Shown here: one piece after another, positions 53,672-64,000 of the stretch
How the letters are laid out: each line of letters begins with the position of its first letter
Position numbering within the stretch: position 1 is the first letter of the stretch
Origin: Phoronis australis
Lineage: Eukaryota; Animalia; Phoronida
Length of the DNA: 64,000 nt
Direction of reading: 5' to 3'
Assembly: GCA_002633005.1 (NCBI GenBank)
Contig: NMRA01000015.1
Span: forward strand, 423,793-487,792
Position numbers and translations under genes: made by a program
Notes under the pieces: generated by a model
What the model was told of the DNA's origin: nothing
What the model saw: the letters and a program-made list of their open reading frames with translations, nothing else
Database searches by the model: none

Positions 53672-53768
53672 TAAAAGACAACTGCAGATATGAAATGTTC
53701 AGAAAAAAGAGCATAGGAGTTCCTAATATTGGGATAGTTATAATAACATGTTCAGGCAACAGTTTTAC

Positions 53769-53927
53769 CTTGGACAACTTTTGTGTCACCCTTTACTTCA
53801 TTTTGCTGATGGTCAGGGGTCATGACCTCTGTGTTGAGTGAAGATATTGCAGAGATTGTGACAGGACTGTGGAGGGAGTAATCACCCAGAAGTAACTTGA
53901 CAGGTTCATGAACTGTTACTGGAGATG
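53769..53927 (-). CDS. CDCA3: CDCA3 coding exon 2
   Basis: 159-nt open symmetric phase-1 exon bounded by GTGTTACAG| and AAG|GTAAAA. Encodes (T)SPVTVHEPVKLLLGDYSLHSPVTI...DTKVVQ(E). Confidence 0.75.
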
Positions 53928-54770
53928 CTGTAACACAGTCATTATACAGGGTGGTTAAAACACTGCATTATCATAATTCAATAAAAAAGATCAAAGGTTA
54001 CGTATTTTCCAACAGTGGTAGAAAAGGATTGGTTAAATCATGGTTACAAACATTAGCTTGACAACGTGACCTTACAGTGGCAAATTGCAGATGTTTCAAC
54101 ATAAGTTTTACAACTACTCCTGTGTTGTTCCACTCCAGCTACATGTCAACAATGGCTGTTTATCACGAGTCATGACTCAAGTCACACTATAAGGGAATCA
54201 AAACATAAAATTCCACAATGAAATGCCTTCCAGCTGACCTAATACAGTTGATTTAAATCAAAAACATTATGGCACGGATCTTCACTACGTTCCTTCTCAG
54301 CGCCATCATGCGCCCGCGTTAAAATTCAGATGCGAACAACAATCATTGGTAGCATTTTCTAAAGGGCCAAAACAACATTGAGTGGACAGATTACACTGCA
54401 TGTTAGGTTCCACTTGCACTTTAGCAGGTTCACAGGCACTGGGAAAAGTTCAAAAATCAAAGCTTCCTATTGCCTGTGGTGGGATGGAACCTTTTGTTTT
54501 GTTTTCTTTAATAAGACCACAGACCAACTAAAGTTCATTGATCACAGTACTTGAAAGGGAAGATCCACTGGGCACTTCTCGATTTATTTCTAGTTTGAAG
54601 TTTGTGACTTGGGCTTGACCTAATAAGCACTAGACGAGACTTTGAAAGCAGAGAGGGTGTTAACTAGGTCTTTCTAGCCTTGCAGTCTGCACAGAGTTTT
54701 GAGCCAAGATGTAAGGAGCATGTAACAGTCAGGAAACACTTATACCAATTATGAAGCAGGACATACATAC

Positions 54771-55002
54771 TTTTGGAAATAGTTTTACCATCCAGGATAG
54801 GGGTTCTCACAATTCCTGCAGTGGGTGATCGTGGATCAGTCACTACATCGGGTGTCTGTTGTAAATGTATCGGTGTGCGAGTAATTCCCGAACTTGGGGA
54901 ACGAGGGTCAAAATCAGCGACCCGGTTCCCAACAGGAGTCGCCGGGGGTGTCTCAACTTCTTCTAAAAGGTCTGTGAAAGACTTCGAGGTGAAACTTCCC
55001 AT
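54771..55002 (-). CDS. CDCA3: CDCA3 first coding exon
   Basis: MGSFTSK...DPRSPSSGITRTPI...DPRSPTAGIVRTPI contains the doubled DPRSP..GI.RTP motif typical of CDCA3. Donor A|GTATGT. An acceptor 14 nt upstream of the ATG (exon starts 55016) implies a non-coding first exon. Confidence 0.9.
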
Positions 55003-55075
55003 TTTTGTGTACAGCTCTGGAAATTCACAAAAACATTATCTTCGAGTTCGACCAATACAACATACAAACCTACCC

Positions 55076-55545
55076 AGTATGTGTAAAGTACATTATGATA
55101 ACTACTCAGTATGTGTAAAGTACATTATGATGACTACTCAGTATGTGTACAGTACATTATGATGACTACTCAGTATGTGTACAGTACATTATGATGACTA
55201 CTCAGTATGTGTACAGTACATTATGATGACTACTCAATATGTGTACAGAACATTATGATGACTACTCAGTATGTGTACAGTGCATTATGATGACTACTCA
55301 GTATGTGTACAGTGCATTATGATGACTACTCAGTATGTGTACAGTGCATTATGATGACTACTCAGTATGTGTACAGTGCATTATGATGACTACTCAGTAC
55401 ATGTAGCGTACATTATGATGACAACTCAATATGTGTACAGTACATTATGATGACTACTCAGTATGTGTACAGTACATTATGATGACTACTCAGTATGTGT
55501 AAACAACATTACTATGATTACTCAGTATGTGTACAGTGCATTGTG
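55076..55545. repeat. Minisatellite, 32-bp unit, about 14 copies, in CDCA3 intron 1
   Basis: Unit CAGTATGTGTACAGT(A/G)CATTATGATGACTACT. Confidence 0.95.
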
Positions 55546-57214
55546 AGTCTGATTCTTGAAACTTCCACTCCTTATGGCCAGCAGCACACTGTCCAAAAGC
55601 ACATGGCTCACAAATAACATGAATATGCCACCACAGTAATCAGTATGGCTCGAGTAGAATCAATTAAGGATAACTCAACGCAATCTGTAATCTGGTGATT
55701 GACTCGTACTTTATGCACACTGGCACTTGATTTTGACATTCAATAGTTCGCCTAATGATTCTGTTCTTAACATGGTGACTGAGTTTATACTTGATGACAA
55801 AAAACAGCTCCAATAACAGAAATTGGAATTTGCAGAAAATCTTAGTTACGATCCGTAAATATCTCCTGGTACAATCGAAAAGCTAGTTACCTATGTAGTA
55901 GCTGCAAGGTCTAAATGAACCAAAAATGTACTGAAATACTGGGTGTTAACTAACGAAGAAAAACTCCGCTGATCACAAATTTGGTAGTATATGAGGAATT
56001 ATCAACAAGTTCCAGACAAATGTCTTATTCACGCCTTCTTGTCAACATAACCTTTGTCGTGAATTCAATGTCGTGATTTCAAAAGACGTCAAAAGTTAAC
56101 CTAATAACCTAATAATTGTATGTCATTCTAAAATTAGACAGCGTACCACTGTTTCATTAACTGACCCCAGTGGATGGTGGCCCTCCATATGAAGACATAT
56201 CCACTGGTGTTTGCAGTGTAAAAATGGCCAGTTGCCGATTTGGGCAACTGAACAAAGGAGGGTTTGAAAAAAAGTTTGATTACAGGAATATTTGTTCGAG
56301 CTGAGACATCAGCGGCTTCTTTCTCTTCTTCCAAATACAACAAGCCGTCGAAGTACTGATCCTTACATGTTGATGTGTGTTATTGATAAATTTGAACTGT
56401 CCATAACTGTGAAAATAACAACAAAATGAAGTGCAGGTTAGTGCCATTATAAAATACAAGTTTTATTATTTACTGAGTAAGATTGACGTTTAAGATGTGA
56501 CTCGTGAATGGCATGTTGTAGGTAGGCAACACGTAGCCCTCCGTTGGCCATTTAGTGGCTACAATACTTCCCATTGCATTCTGTATTAATTTTGTCTCGT
56601 GTATTTTAAATGGGTGGTGGGTGAAATCCGCTCACCCATTAAGAGCTTTCACATCGTCAAAAATACATTCTACACCTAAAACTATCACTTAAAAAAGCAC
56701 ATAACTTCTTCAATGGTCCTTTCTACTTCTACACATATTGTCGATGAAGCATAGCTACGAGAATTAAGGTGACTTTGGCAAAGAATTCCAACTCCACTTT
56801 TTGGTCACCGTTAACTTTTTCAACACGCGTGCAATAACCACAAAGTATTTCAACTGAGTCACGTGAGTTAGGCAAAGGCTAGCGCAAGACTAAGCGAAGC
56901 ACATGAAGCTGGCACGTGACAATTGCAAAATAGCACGGGAAGATATTTGTAAGATTTCTGTCCGTTGGACTTTTTATTCATCAACATGTGTGATTTCACG
57001 CAACTTCCTCAAAATGGCACCTGGTTAGAGAAACTCGAGCAAACCGTGACAGGTTTGTTCAAGTTATGTTGATTAAATTGTATCCAGAGTCATGGTATCT
57101 GTTAATTATAACTCCGTGAGCCTATATGCATGTTTCATTCCATTTTATTTGCTGTATTTTGAAATAAGTAACTTTTTATGGAGATGTACTATCGTTCCTG
57201 TATGCCTGCGGCAT

Positions 57215-57410
57215 TCAGGTGAGGGCGGTGTAATTGCCTAATCTATTCCAAAGTAAAATAGTATATGGGAAGAAAGAGTTTACGTAGTATGCAGTGTGAA
57301 CGTATGTTCTCTCAAAGGTATGACAGTGGGAATTACGTGAACTAGAAATATGTAGGGGTGGAAGGTATGTGTGGGGAATGGCAACCAGGTTGTGCACGAT
57401 ACATGAAAGA
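57215..57410 (-). mobile_element. 3' end of a CR1/L2-group LINE ORF2 (relic)
   Basis: IVHNLVAIP...SRNSH...YYVNSFFPYTILLWNRL resembles the conserved SFFPRT...WNxL C-terminus of CR1-group ORF2 proteins. Confidence 0.7.
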
Positions 57411-58796
57411 CAGTTTGTTTTGAGCATGTCCCTCTTGAAGAGTGGGCCATTTGAGAGTGTTGAGCATGGACGGAACAGAGGAGTATCTGGAGTGATCATG
57501 ATTAAGGAAGAACCTGGCTTCTTTTCAATATTAGAGGCTAAAGCGAGTGGAGGGATCCCAGACAGAGGAGGAATATTCAAGTTTGAGCCTAACTGTAGTG
57601 AAGTGTAGGCCAAGGCCTCTGTCTGAGGTGTCCCTCTATGGGAAGGCCAGTTGAGACGGTTGCCAGTTTGAGTACTACTCGGTCTACTAGAATGTGGCAC
57701 CAAACACCAAAGAATCCAAAGAATACCTCAGGCTAAGTTACTCAGTACCTGGTTGGTTAGCCTTGGTACAAATTAAGCTGTATAATAAATATACAGCTTT
57801 GCGCCGATATGGGTAAAAAAGTGGTAAGACAAAATCTGACACAAAATTGGTGTCATCAAAAACTTCAGTCTTCCTTGAGTAAACTAAATTATTTAACAGT
57901 GCAGGAAAAAATGGCATTCTACCGATTTTCTGCTGCTAAAGTTGTGGAGTGATCTTTAGCGACAGCTTTCGGCGCCATGAAATATTGCGTCACCTATTGT
58001 CCAGTTTCTTTTTTCACCGATTCTTCAACCAACTGTTCTTCTTCCACCAGGTTGCGAAGATTTCACAACAAATTATTGGAACTGGTTTCATTTAGTTACA
58101 AGTTTTTAGAATTTCGATCCCGAAAAATCGAATTTCAGAAGAAATTTTGCTGCTGCCAAGCTATCATCATCTCGAGAGATATGTCGCAAAAAGTTAGGAA
58201 ATGGCGCGTGCCCGTGTCACGTGCGTACTGTTTTCAAAACNATGCATAGGCCCTGAACAAACCCCATTTACTGTTTCCAAAAATGCGAGATCCCTGCATC
58301 CTTACATTTTAGTCTGGGCACGCGCGTCTGCCGAAATTCTGGTTATTCCTGTGCCCTGGCCCCCCTCCTAACTCAAAATCCTGGATCCACCCCTGGATTA
58401 CGCAAGAAAATGACCTTTATTAGATTGTTTTCCACTTAAACGGCTGTAACGTTTGATTCCCACACTTTGCATGTACCACTTGCGCCTTGCGGTCTTTAGC
58501 TCGACATGTTGATACAGGTTTCACGGCGAGTTGATCAGCAGAAACACCCTGGCTGCATTCAATTTCAGGGTCTATGAAAGAAAAACACACAGTGGTACCT
58601 AGCTGTATTTTGACGATAGTCTTCATACAGCTAGCTGGCTGGCTACTGCCACTGGTTGGTAAGAAGACATCAAAAAAGAACAGAAATTGACATCTTCAGT
58701 TCAGCTCAACTATGAAATAAAACGAGAAGCAAAGGCTTCAGTGTAACTTATTGACAATTAGTTTCTGCGTTAACATAAAAGATCAAATTAAATTAC

Positions 58797-59145
58797 CTGT
58801 AAGACAATTTTCAAGGAGATATAAAAATTGCCTGCAAAATGCACTTTTGTTTTCAACAGTTAAAGTTCCCGCTTTAGCCAATCAAAGTTGCGCTAACATG
58901 TCAAATACTTCATAGCGTTATAAAAACTATTTCAATTGGTTCAATTCTGTAGCTACAAAACCAAAATTTACTTTTGTATTTCATCGTTTAGAGTGTATAT
59001 ATTTGAAAAAAAATGCTAATAAAATCCAATATTTTCCGTAGAAAATAATTATTTTTGCTTTTTATGTTACAGGTACAAAAGTATTACACAAATGTTATAA
59101 ATAATCATGAACTTACTGCACTGATCTAAAAGACAAGATGGCGGC
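58797..59145. promoter_or_regulatory. Bidirectional CDCA3/USP5 promoter and candidate non-coding CDCA3 exon 1
   Basis: Minus-strand donor CAG|GTAATT at 58797/58796. E2F-like TTCCCGC at 58866-58872. CCAAT boxes at 58878, 58935 (reverse) and 59026. YY1 consensus CAAGATGGCGGC overlaps the USP5 ATG. Confidence 0.6.
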
Positions 59146-59236
59146 CTCCTTGGAACAGTACTTGTCTAAAATTCGCATTCCTTCAGGCGGAAACAAGATT
59201 TTCAAGGATGAGTGCATGTTTTCATTTGACACTCCT
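59138..59236 (+). CDS. USP5: Ubiquitin carboxyl-terminal hydrolase 5 (isopeptidase T; USP5/USP13 family), exon 1
   Basis: MAASLEQYLSKIRIPSGGNKIFKDECMFSFDTP matches the IRVP...KDEC.FSFDTP N-terminus of USP5. Donor CCT|GTAAGT, phase 0. Confidence 0.93.
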
Positions 59237-59648
59237 GTAAGTATGGATCGGAAGTACACTTCAGATCAATTTGAATTAAATAAATGTCACGTTGCTCCCT
59301 AATCCTGCTAGTGTTATGGTCAAGACACTTGTCTTGAGTCGACAAGAGGCGAAGTGCACAGTCACTGTCCGAGTACTTAGGCAGTCACAAACCCAGTGCC
59401 ACTCACGTTTTTTAGCTTTGTTGATGGTTTTCTCGAGCAATAGTTTTCAAAGAAATTTTGAATGTTGTATCTTGTTAGATGTTTAAAAAATACTATATAA
59501 TCATCATCTGGCTCTGCTAAGACGCCAAGTTACATGTCAGGACGTTTCCTAGTTGCCATTCAACAGACAGGATAGACAGTGACCACCCTCTCTAGCTGGA
59601 ATGTAGTGACCACCCTCTCTAAGTGGCCAATAGAGATGGTGAAGCTCC

Positions 59649-60234
59649 TGTTGTAAAATGTGCTTCCGGTGAATCATAAATGAGCCTCTGTTAGCCACTC
59701 GTTAATGGGCAATTGCCTATTAGCTGAATGGTTAGCATGCTCGCCTGTTAAATCGGGGTCACTGATTCGATTCCCGAGGTCGGGCAAACTCGGCTATTAC
59801 GACAATTGGCGTAGTCGGCAAAAGAATGATATACCGATGAAGCACTTCTCGGACCTGAGACAGCACGCTTGATAGTGAGCCTATTACCAGGAGTCGAGGA
59901 CCTTAATGCGAGACAATCTTGGGGTTCATTTGTCGGACGGCTATTCTGGGAGGTAAAAATCCAGAGTAAAATCTTGTGACGTAGTCCAGGAGTAAAATCA
60001 TGTGGTGAACACAGGAGTGGAGTCCTGTTTTCACCTGCCAGGTGGCGCGCTTGTTCATAGGAAAATGGGGAATGTTGTGAAACGTGCTTCCAGTGAATCA
60101 TATATAAGCCTCTAGCTCTGTTAGCCACTCGCTAACGGGCAGTTGCCTATTAGCTGAATGGTTTGCACGCTCGCCAGTTAAATCGGGGTCACTGGTTCAA
60201 TTCCCGAGGTCAGGCAAACTTGGCTATTACGACA
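59649..60234 (+). mobile_element. Miniature non-autonomous LTR retrotransposon (TRIM) with a tRNA-like sequence in both LTRs
   Basis: LTRs at 59649-59804 and 60073-60234 (TGT...ACA, about 90% identical). PBS TGGCGTAGTCGGCA at 59807-59820. PPT AGGAAAATGGGGAA at 60059-60072. 4-bp TSD CTCC. Confidence 0.92.
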
Positions 60235-60640
60235 CTCCTATAGGAGGAAACTTTTCGGCAAATTATATTAATACCTCACACTGATCAATTCATCAAAGTC
60301 ACGTTGTTCTAAATACCTTTTGATACCTTAGGCTGTTACAAACCAATGCTGTTCAAAAGTGCTGGCGGTGGTTGTCAAAGAAATTTGAAAAAATGTAGAA
60401 TGTGCGACCTTTACAATAGTTTAACAACAAATTTGGATTATAAAATGATCATCTATTCTGTTCACATTTCCTGCACAAGAATTAGCAACCCAAAATTTAA
60501 AAAAATTTTGGATAAAAAAATTTTCGGTTCTGCCAGGTTAAGATCTCGAGGGTCAGTCTCGTTTCTACATCAACCAATGGCATTCAAGTACAAACTAGAT
60601 CATAGGGTTAACTGTTGACATCTTTTCACAAATCAGGACA

Positions 60641-61189
60641 TCAACTTATGGCAGTAGCACAATGCTGGGACTGGATGAAGTATGGGCTGAAGTGCTTCAA
60701 GCCCACGGCAATTGCCAAAGCTTCAACCTCACAGGGAAGCCAAAGTACTTGGCGGGACTTAAGCTTGGCACTGAAAAAGGAAGCAATCTCGGGTTTTCCT
60801 TCCCTCGTAACATATAAGGTGGCTGCTATCCCTGGGTGCTTGGCAGAGGCGTCTGTCACAATCCATAGTTTATCCTCATGATGATGGAGTGTGATGTGCT
60901 TGTTAGACGATAGTGCCCTCTGGGTGGCAGAAAATACACTGACTAACTCATCAGACCATGTCAATGGATCCTTGGAATCGCGGTCTGAAGTAGCATCATC
61001 TAGTGGAAACATGTAGGCGGAGCAATGAGGGATTACCCTAGACAGAACCTTGAAGGCACCTATGAATGAACGCATCTGACGCACGGTTATAGGCTTGCTG
61101 TGCGAAGCAAGTGTAGCGATACGATGACTGCTAGCCTGAAGGGTGCCACGTTCCCATATCCAACCTAGGATAGTCGTGTGCTTGGGGGA
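60641..61189 (-). mobile_element. Ty3/Gypsy pol fragment (end of RT plus RNase H) in USP5 intron 1
   Basis: TTILGWIW...PITVRQMRSFIG...LTWSDE...LWIVTDAS...FFSAKL...CEVEALAIAVGLKHF contains the RNase H TDAS and E.EALA motifs of Gypsy elements. Confidence 0.88.
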
Positions 61190-61228
61190 ATAAGTACTTA
61201 TTTACAGACAGATCACTGTCTAACCATA

Positions 61229-61485
61229 GGAGGCCTTCGATGTTTTTACTTCCTTCCAACTTGAACAAATCCTCCCGTTATCAAACTTTTTCTTCGAGCA
61301 GTCCTTTGTTCAGTTCCCAAACGGAAACTGGCCATTTTACCCAGTGCATGGCAGGGGATATGATGTCATACCACCTGCCGTGTGTTTCTGATTTTGAGAA
61401 CTGAACAAAGGACTGCTCGAAGAAAAAGTTTGATAATGGGAGGATTTGTTCAAGTTGGAAGGAATTAAAGACATCGGCAGCCTCC
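61229..61485. mobile_element. Fold-back MITE with about 95-bp inverted arms, TA-flanked
   Basis: TA|GGAGGC...TCCTTCCAACTTGAACAAATCCTCCC pairs with GGGAGGATTTGTTCAAGTTGGAAGGA...GCCTCC|TA. Confidence 0.85.
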
Positions 61486-62451
61486 TAAAGTATCCCTCTA
61501 TGCGCAAAAGGTCCTGATAACCATGTGACTTTGGTTTTTTAATTGGTGTGAGGCATAATTCGCCGAAAAGCTTGCGGCGTATGAAGCACCTATAGGAGCT
61601 TCACTGTATGTAGTTCAACTACAAATGGTGGTTGCTGTCCACAGACGGAAGTGAGCTGACATTCTTACAGTCTATTGATCAGCAGTAAAACAACATGGCT
61701 CTACCATGACCTTTTCTGCAAATGAATGTTGCTCATTCTACAATTGGATGTACACTCAGTGTTCTCGCACTTGGCATTCAATTTCAAGGGGATATGACCA
61801 GTTGTTGCTAAGTCTAATTTAAAGCAATAAACTCATTGTTAATAATTGTGATGCCCTTTTCCAAACTGGTCACCATTTTTTTTCAAACAGGTCGCGGGCC
61901 ATTCAAGCATGTCGCAAGTGCTGGCAAACAGGCCGCAGTGACACCTTAAAAGAGGTTGTGAAGAACACTGATTTGTATTGATCAATGACTGTTGATTTAG
62001 TTATGAAAAGTACTTCCTTTTGTGCCATGTGTTTCAGATAACGTCTGTCTGAACCACTCAGCAGAGGGTTGGTTGCTTCATTCACTAAAGAAAGCATTAG
62101 CATGGCCGCTCTTTTTGAATGTAGACTTCTGGGATATCCAGATGTCCTGTGAGACAACATTGTAAACGGCTTCGCTTGATTTTGTTAGTGAGTGAAAGAA
62201 ATAGTGATTGCCTGAACTTTGTTTTGAGTCGTAAGGAAAGACATTGATATCCAAAGGTGTTTTATTGCCAGAAAGATACATCATGATGCTTAATTTACTG
62301 AAAAGATCTGAGGTTCTAAGCTTCATTAGATATGTATCTATTGGTTGTGCTCTAGCTTTGATGATGAATCTATCTGACAATGGCAAGGACGTACAGTTAT
62401 TAATAATGTGTTATTGAGTTGAATGAACTCTGAATGTGCTCTTTTTTGCAG

Positions 62452-62577
62452 GAGTGTGAAACAGGTCTGTACGTATGCATGAATACATTCATGGGATTTG
62501 GAAAGGACTTTGTTGAAAAACATTATCGCAAAACAGGAAGTGGGGTTTTTCTTCACTTGCGAAGAATCAAAAAAGCA
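62452..62577 (+). CDS. USP5: USP5 exon 2
   Basis: Acceptor TTTTTTGCAG|. Encodes [42 protein letters not shown] (GLY.CMNTF.GFG of the N-terminal cryptic ZnF-UBP). Donor GCA|GTGAGT, 126 nt. Confidence 0.95.
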
Positions 62578-62870
62578 GTGAGTAGCTCTGAGTGCTACAA
62601 GTCTAGCTCTGGTAATATGAGTGCTGCAGGTCATGTAGCCAATCTCTGGTCAGTGTTCATGCGTGGCTATGTGCGTCAACCAAGTAACATGTAAGGTTAT
62701 GTAGGCTAGGATCTTATCAACGATGTCAAGATTAATTTAGTCGAATATCTACAAAACCATAGAATTTCATTCAGGAAATGTTTTTTCTAAAAGTATAAAA
62801 GGCTTAAAGTGATTCTGACCAATCTTGTATTATTTGGGTCATGTTATCATGTTTTTTTTGGTTAAAATTA

Positions 62871-63165
62871 CTGTATTCGCCTTAATAACTGCCCATGCCC
62901 CTATAAGCTCCCCCCATGCATTTTCAGACTTTGCTAAAATAAATGCCCAGTCCAATTTAACAGCAAAGTTTGATAGCAATACACCACAATTTTGTAGGTA
63001 GTCTGTCATAGGTTACAGATACATCACAGAGCGTTAATATGATGAATCTTAGCTTCCGATTTCATCCGTTTTGGAGACCAGGTTTCAACTGCCTTGAGTT
63101 ACAATAAGGGCCCACCTGAAACGAATTTTTCTAAGCGCCCTGGGTGGTTATTAGGGCAAATACGG
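62871..63165. mobile_element. Tc1/mariner (pogo/Tigger-like) MITE
   Basis: TA|CTGTATTCGCCTTAATAAC.GCCCA ... TGGGTGGTTATTAGGGCAAATACGG|TA. Confidence 0.75.
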
Positions 63166-63871
63166 TAGTAAAAAATAAAGGCACAACCATATGAAAACAA
63201 CGGTAGCAATAACATGACCACAGTTTGTTTCATATAATGTTAACTACTAAATCTTAAGTATGCTCACAGTTTTTTAATTAGGAATTTGTTTCATTTTCAT
63301 TTTATGTAACATAAGAGATTTTCTTGATAGCCCCTCATGCAAGAGTGGAACATTACAATAAAATTACCAACAGGGAGAACTGTGTATCAAATAGTGCAGC
63401 CATTTCTAAGATATGATATAATTATGGGGTTAGTCAAATTTGGACTTTTTCGTAGTGTCTTGCATAAGCTCAACCATTTTGTTATCAACCTACCACAGCA
63501 TGTATTTCCTGAATCCTGCATAGCAACTTGTTTTGTTAACAGAAATGTTAAGTGGGTTGGAGTCATGTGTTTTGTAAATTACTTTCTTCTTGTGGTGACA
63601 GTTTTGAACACTGATGTTTTGTGCATGGATAGATCACCCAAAGATTTTCCCACTCATTTTCATGATCTAGGGTCGAGTAAGAAGGTTTATTCTCAAACAA
63701 CTGAGATACCAGCCATCAACCTTGAAAATAGTTTTGTGAAAAAAGAATCGTGCTTTAGATAATCTGATTTTAATTATTGAATAAAAATTTTGTCCTTAAA
63801 AAAATAATTTGAATACAATCTTCCGTTCTGTTTATTTGAGCAATTTGTGTGAGTAACTTTCTGTTTCACAG

Positions 63872-63929
63872 GTTCCCATGTCAGAAGAAGAAGAAGTGCC
63901 CAAGAAAAAACCAACAAAATTAGCGATTG
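63872..63929 (+). CDS. USP5: USP5 exon 3 (gene continues beyond the window)
   Basis: Acceptor TTTCACAG|. Encodes VPMSEEEEVPKKKPTKLAI(G), matching USP5 KKPTRLAIG. Donor G|GTAAGG. Confidence 0.92.
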
Positions 63930-64000
63930 GTAAGGCGGGGGCTCCCTGCTCACTTCTGTATTATAGTTGCTGAAGAGAGTGCATTCATATTATAGGGGGG

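Noticed and set aside
939-55545. Six 28-49 bp tandem arrays as CRISPR arrays
   Set aside because: Units are directly adjacent with no unique spacers, there are no cas genes, and the context is eukaryotic. They are minisatellites.
56134-56410. Possible exon or transposase piece in CDCA3 intron 1
   Set aside because: An acceptor-like site is present, but there are in-frame stops and no recognisable motif.
59715-60216. Two functional tRNA-Asn genes
   Set aside because: Anticodon and T stems pair poorly, and both units sit inside LTRs. Treated as tRNA-derived.

Overview
AT-rich, intron-containing genomic DNA from an animal, probably a marine invertebrate, in a draft assembly (249-nt N gap at 7897-8145; single n at 11675, 36915, 46251 and 58241). 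Three spliced genes could be reconstructed by hand. (1) A complete 4-exon RERG/RASL11-type Ras-family GTPase on + (29894-45864, 274 aa). (2) A complete CDCA3/Tome-1 on - (4 coding exons, 55002-52064, 234 aa). (3) The first three exons of USP5 on + (from 59138), head-to-head with CDCA3, the same arrangement as in human. The rest is mobile-element debris and minisatellites, and most short ORFs in the track are spurious. The most unusual items are: a 586-bp miniature LTR element whose LTRs each carry a tRNA-like Pol III promoter; a TTAA-flanked THAP/Kolobok-type fold-back element built from two copies of its own 5' end; a palindromic repeat that looks like an integrated circle; and a DNA-transposon family carrying a hypervariable tRNA-like Pol III cassette. 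No prokaryotic genes, rRNA, intact tRNA or CRISPR array were seen. All family assignments come from motif recognition, not database searches.
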